A stretch of DNA of 64,000 bases from Guillardia theta CCMP2712 (Eukaryota > Protista > Cryptophyta). Each line of letters starts with the position of its first letter. Position 1 is the first letter of the stretch. The notes beneath the pieces are model-generated. The model ran no database searches. It saw only the letters and a program-made list of their open reading frames with translations, and had not been told where the DNA came from. This document shows positions 61,292-64,000 of this stretch, one piece after another. Both the position numbers and the translations under genes were made by a program. Where the stretch lies: the NCBI RefSeq assembly GCF_000315625.1, contig NW_005434656.1, forward strand, positions 479,741-543,740, given 5' to 3'.

Positions 61292-64000
61292 ATGGACTTG
61301 AGTCCTTGTAGACCAAGAGGCTCAGATGCCATCAGAAAGTTGTTTGGAAGCGGCTCAGTGCGACCTGATACACCCAACTAGCATTTCGAAGTTCGAGCAA
61401 GTTTGCAAACACAGATTTAGTGGATGGAACATTCTGATGAGGGTCATCAAGCGATAGCCAGTGGATTCCACGTGAGAGATTATGTCAGCTAGCTTCATTT
61501 GTGAAGAATGCCCCAAGCGGCATTTCCCGTGATGTGATCTATTTCTGCATTCCACAATTCATAGATACAAACATCATGTTGAGCGCTGCCGCTTATTCGT
61601 AACGATGTTCGATTGTTGGAAATAGTAAGGGAAAGGCGATAAGCAGCCAACGAATCAAGCATTGAGATAAATTCTGAGAGTTTGCATCTTTGCTCTCGAA
61701 TCAATCGGAAGAGCCTTACAAGAAACAAGCTGTCTGGGACTGTATATTGAGAAAATCATGAATGAGGTGCGATAATAATTCTCATGGGACAGACGGATCT
61801 GCACATGTTGTTTGATCCTTGTAGCATCCAATGTTGTGTGCAGCTCATGGTTGTTCGATGAGGCTTGGTGAAAGTCTGATGTGGTACAGGAGTGTGATAG
61901 GTTGTTAGGATAGCAGGCGATGAGTTGCATTCAGCATTCGTGCAAGGATGTCAGTTTCTCCGTCTGATGCTACACCTATGAGCATCAAAGTTTCGTTGTC
62001 CTGTGTTGTATGTTGTCTATGATCAAGTAGAAAGGAAGTGTAAGGGTTGTTCGGAAATTTAGATGTAGTAGGACGAGTGGTTTGAGAGCAGGGTTGTGCT
62101 GAAAAGGAATCAATCTGATGTGCCATGCGATGTTTACTTGAGCAGCAGTCCAGCTACTGCTTGTCAACCAGGTTCTCCATTTGAAGATTTGTGCAGGGAA
62201 GAGGACGAGGAAGGAGAGGGAAGGCCCCGATCCCAAATGCAGGAGGTGATTTGTTTAAGATCCTTCTCGTTGTTGAAACGGGCCGAGTCTTGTGATTGCA
62301 AACTTGCTGTCACCAGAGGCATGTCTGACTTGTGGCTGTTGTATCATCCTCTCCCCCTCTGTACTCGTGTTGGTCTCAACTCTCGTTCAGGCAACAGGCA
62401 ACCGTTCCGCCCTGGCATGTCACGAGGAGCTCTCCCTCTTCAGCCTCCTCGCAGCCCCTTCAACATGCCGAACCCCATGGGAAGAGGCTTGCTCCCCTTC
62501 CCTCGCGTCTCCCCAGGAGCATCTGCCCCCTTCAACAATCTCAGGGGCTCAGGTCCACTTCATCGCGAAGCTGCGGGAGGGCTGAGACTTGTCAGGCTCC
62601 ACCGCGTCAGCTCCGCTCGGAAGCAGGGCGCCGACGTTCACAGGCAACAAACCTGCTGCTCCAGGCATGACCTCAAGCATGCCGTTCAACCCGCCGACAC
62701 CTTCTGGGCGACCGATGGGCTCCATGCCCGGAGGTCCACGAGAGGCTGCGCGTTGAAGTTGTCAAGTCTGCCTGCAGGCTCTGCGTACGGCAAGGGGCTG
62801 CTGATGCCCCCGGCGAGCATGTTTGCCCTCGAGAAGATCCGACAGATTGAAGCCGAGAAGGAGGAGGAGATCAAGCGCCAGGTGCCTCGTGCCTGCAGTC
62901 CATGCTGCCGTGACTGATCTGCTGCTCTAGGAAGCTGAGATCCGGCGGTTGAGAGAACAATGTGAGGCAGAGAAACGTGAAGTAGAAAGGCTTCGTGAAG
63001 AAGAGCGACGAAGAAAGCGCGAAGAGGTTCTGATTGTGCAGTGCCTGCCGACGAGGATGATGGGGCTTGACTTAGGAGCTGAAGGTAGAGGAGAGGAGAA
63101 AGCGAGAAAGGGAAGAAGCCATGAGAATGCAGCGAGAACGAGACAGGTTGGAGAGGGAGAAAGAGAGAGAAAGAGAGGTATCCTCTACGTTTTTATGGGT
63201 CATTGTCTGTTAACCTTTATTTAGATTGAGTTCATGAGGAAACAGGCCATTCGAAACATCGAGATGATTCAAGATCGTCGTCAAGTTGTCAACCATGCAG
63301 GTCAAGGTCTCCCTGCTCACATGGATCACAAGAACATCCATGGGGTCTGTCGGCTGCTCTCATCCGACTTGTGGCTGAGAGTGAGGCAGCAGCATGCCAT
63401 GGGGCACTCGGTCGTCATACCCAACCAGCAGAGCTACGGCGAGCAATTCAACGCGCTGGGTCAGCAAGGCTTGACTCCTCCTGCGCAACAACAGGTCGCT
63501 CTTCCTCGTCCTCCCGCCTTCACCTCACGCGGTTGTCAGCCCTACATGACCAGCCAGCCTGATCCCTACAACCCCTACGCATACGTCTACAGCCAGCACG
63601 AGGGTCTGCGAGAGGCTTCGTGCCACCACAAGCAGTGACTTGAAGGTTTCAGCGCCGGCAGCCCAGCAGCCAGTCCAGTCCTACGCTCAGGTGCCTCCGC
63701 CCTCCTTGATCGCTTCCTGGCTTGTGCTGATTTCTTCACCTCCTCTCGCAGCAAACGAACTATTATCAGCAAGCAAACGCTTACCAAGGTACCCAAGCCT
63801 ACGCTGCGCCACAGGATTCTGCATACAATGCCGCATACAACGCGGCCCCCTACCAGACGCAACCTGGTGTTCCCCTTATCTTCTCCTTGCGCGCTCTTGT
63901 GACTCTCTTGCAAGGGTACGAAGGGCAGCAGTCGAACCCGTATGTGTATGACCCCCAGCAGCCTCAGATGTATAACGTGGTGAGCTGCTTGCTCGAGCAT
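61292..64000 (+). CDS. Hypothetical multi-exon protein with coiled coil and Pro/Gln/Tyr-rich C-terminus (runs off window; 5' extent uncertain)
   Basis: Short exons with EKIRQIEAEKEEEIKRQ, EKREVERLREEERRRK and QPYMTSQPDPYNPY peptides between GT-AG introns. Confidence 0.5.

Overview
Gene-dense eukaryotic nuclear DNA with many short (about 45-55 bp) spliceosomal introns and abundant micro/minisatellites. The style suggests a cryptophyte alga (Guillardia/Hanusia-like); that assignment is inference. About 20 intron-containing genes are recognisable or probable. They include a TEX49/SPMIP11-like EF-hand protein, a giant GBP-coiled-coil GTPase, a VTT/TMEM41 protein, QCR8, a PDZ protein, PP2C, TRAPPC11, two kinases, a METTL21-type methyltransferase, CCDC81-like, HIS6, SLF2-like, a POM121-like transmembrane FG-nucleoporin, NMNAT, APRT and AAR2. 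The standout region is 24.1-33.7 kb, a nest of one CRE-clade non-LTR retrotransposon (RT + CCHC + restriction-like endonuclease). At least 13 copies of the element's own non-poly(A) 3' end (...CTGCCAGTAAATCCTATA) lie inserted into, or joined to, other copies in both orientations. These copies range from about 11-15 nt to over 1 kb, and several carry 2-14 bp target-site duplications, stuttered termini and filler bases. The same duplication-plus-filler micro-insertion signature degrades older copies and may explain the odd GC-rich intergenic islands. Exon boundaries were read by eye and are approximate.
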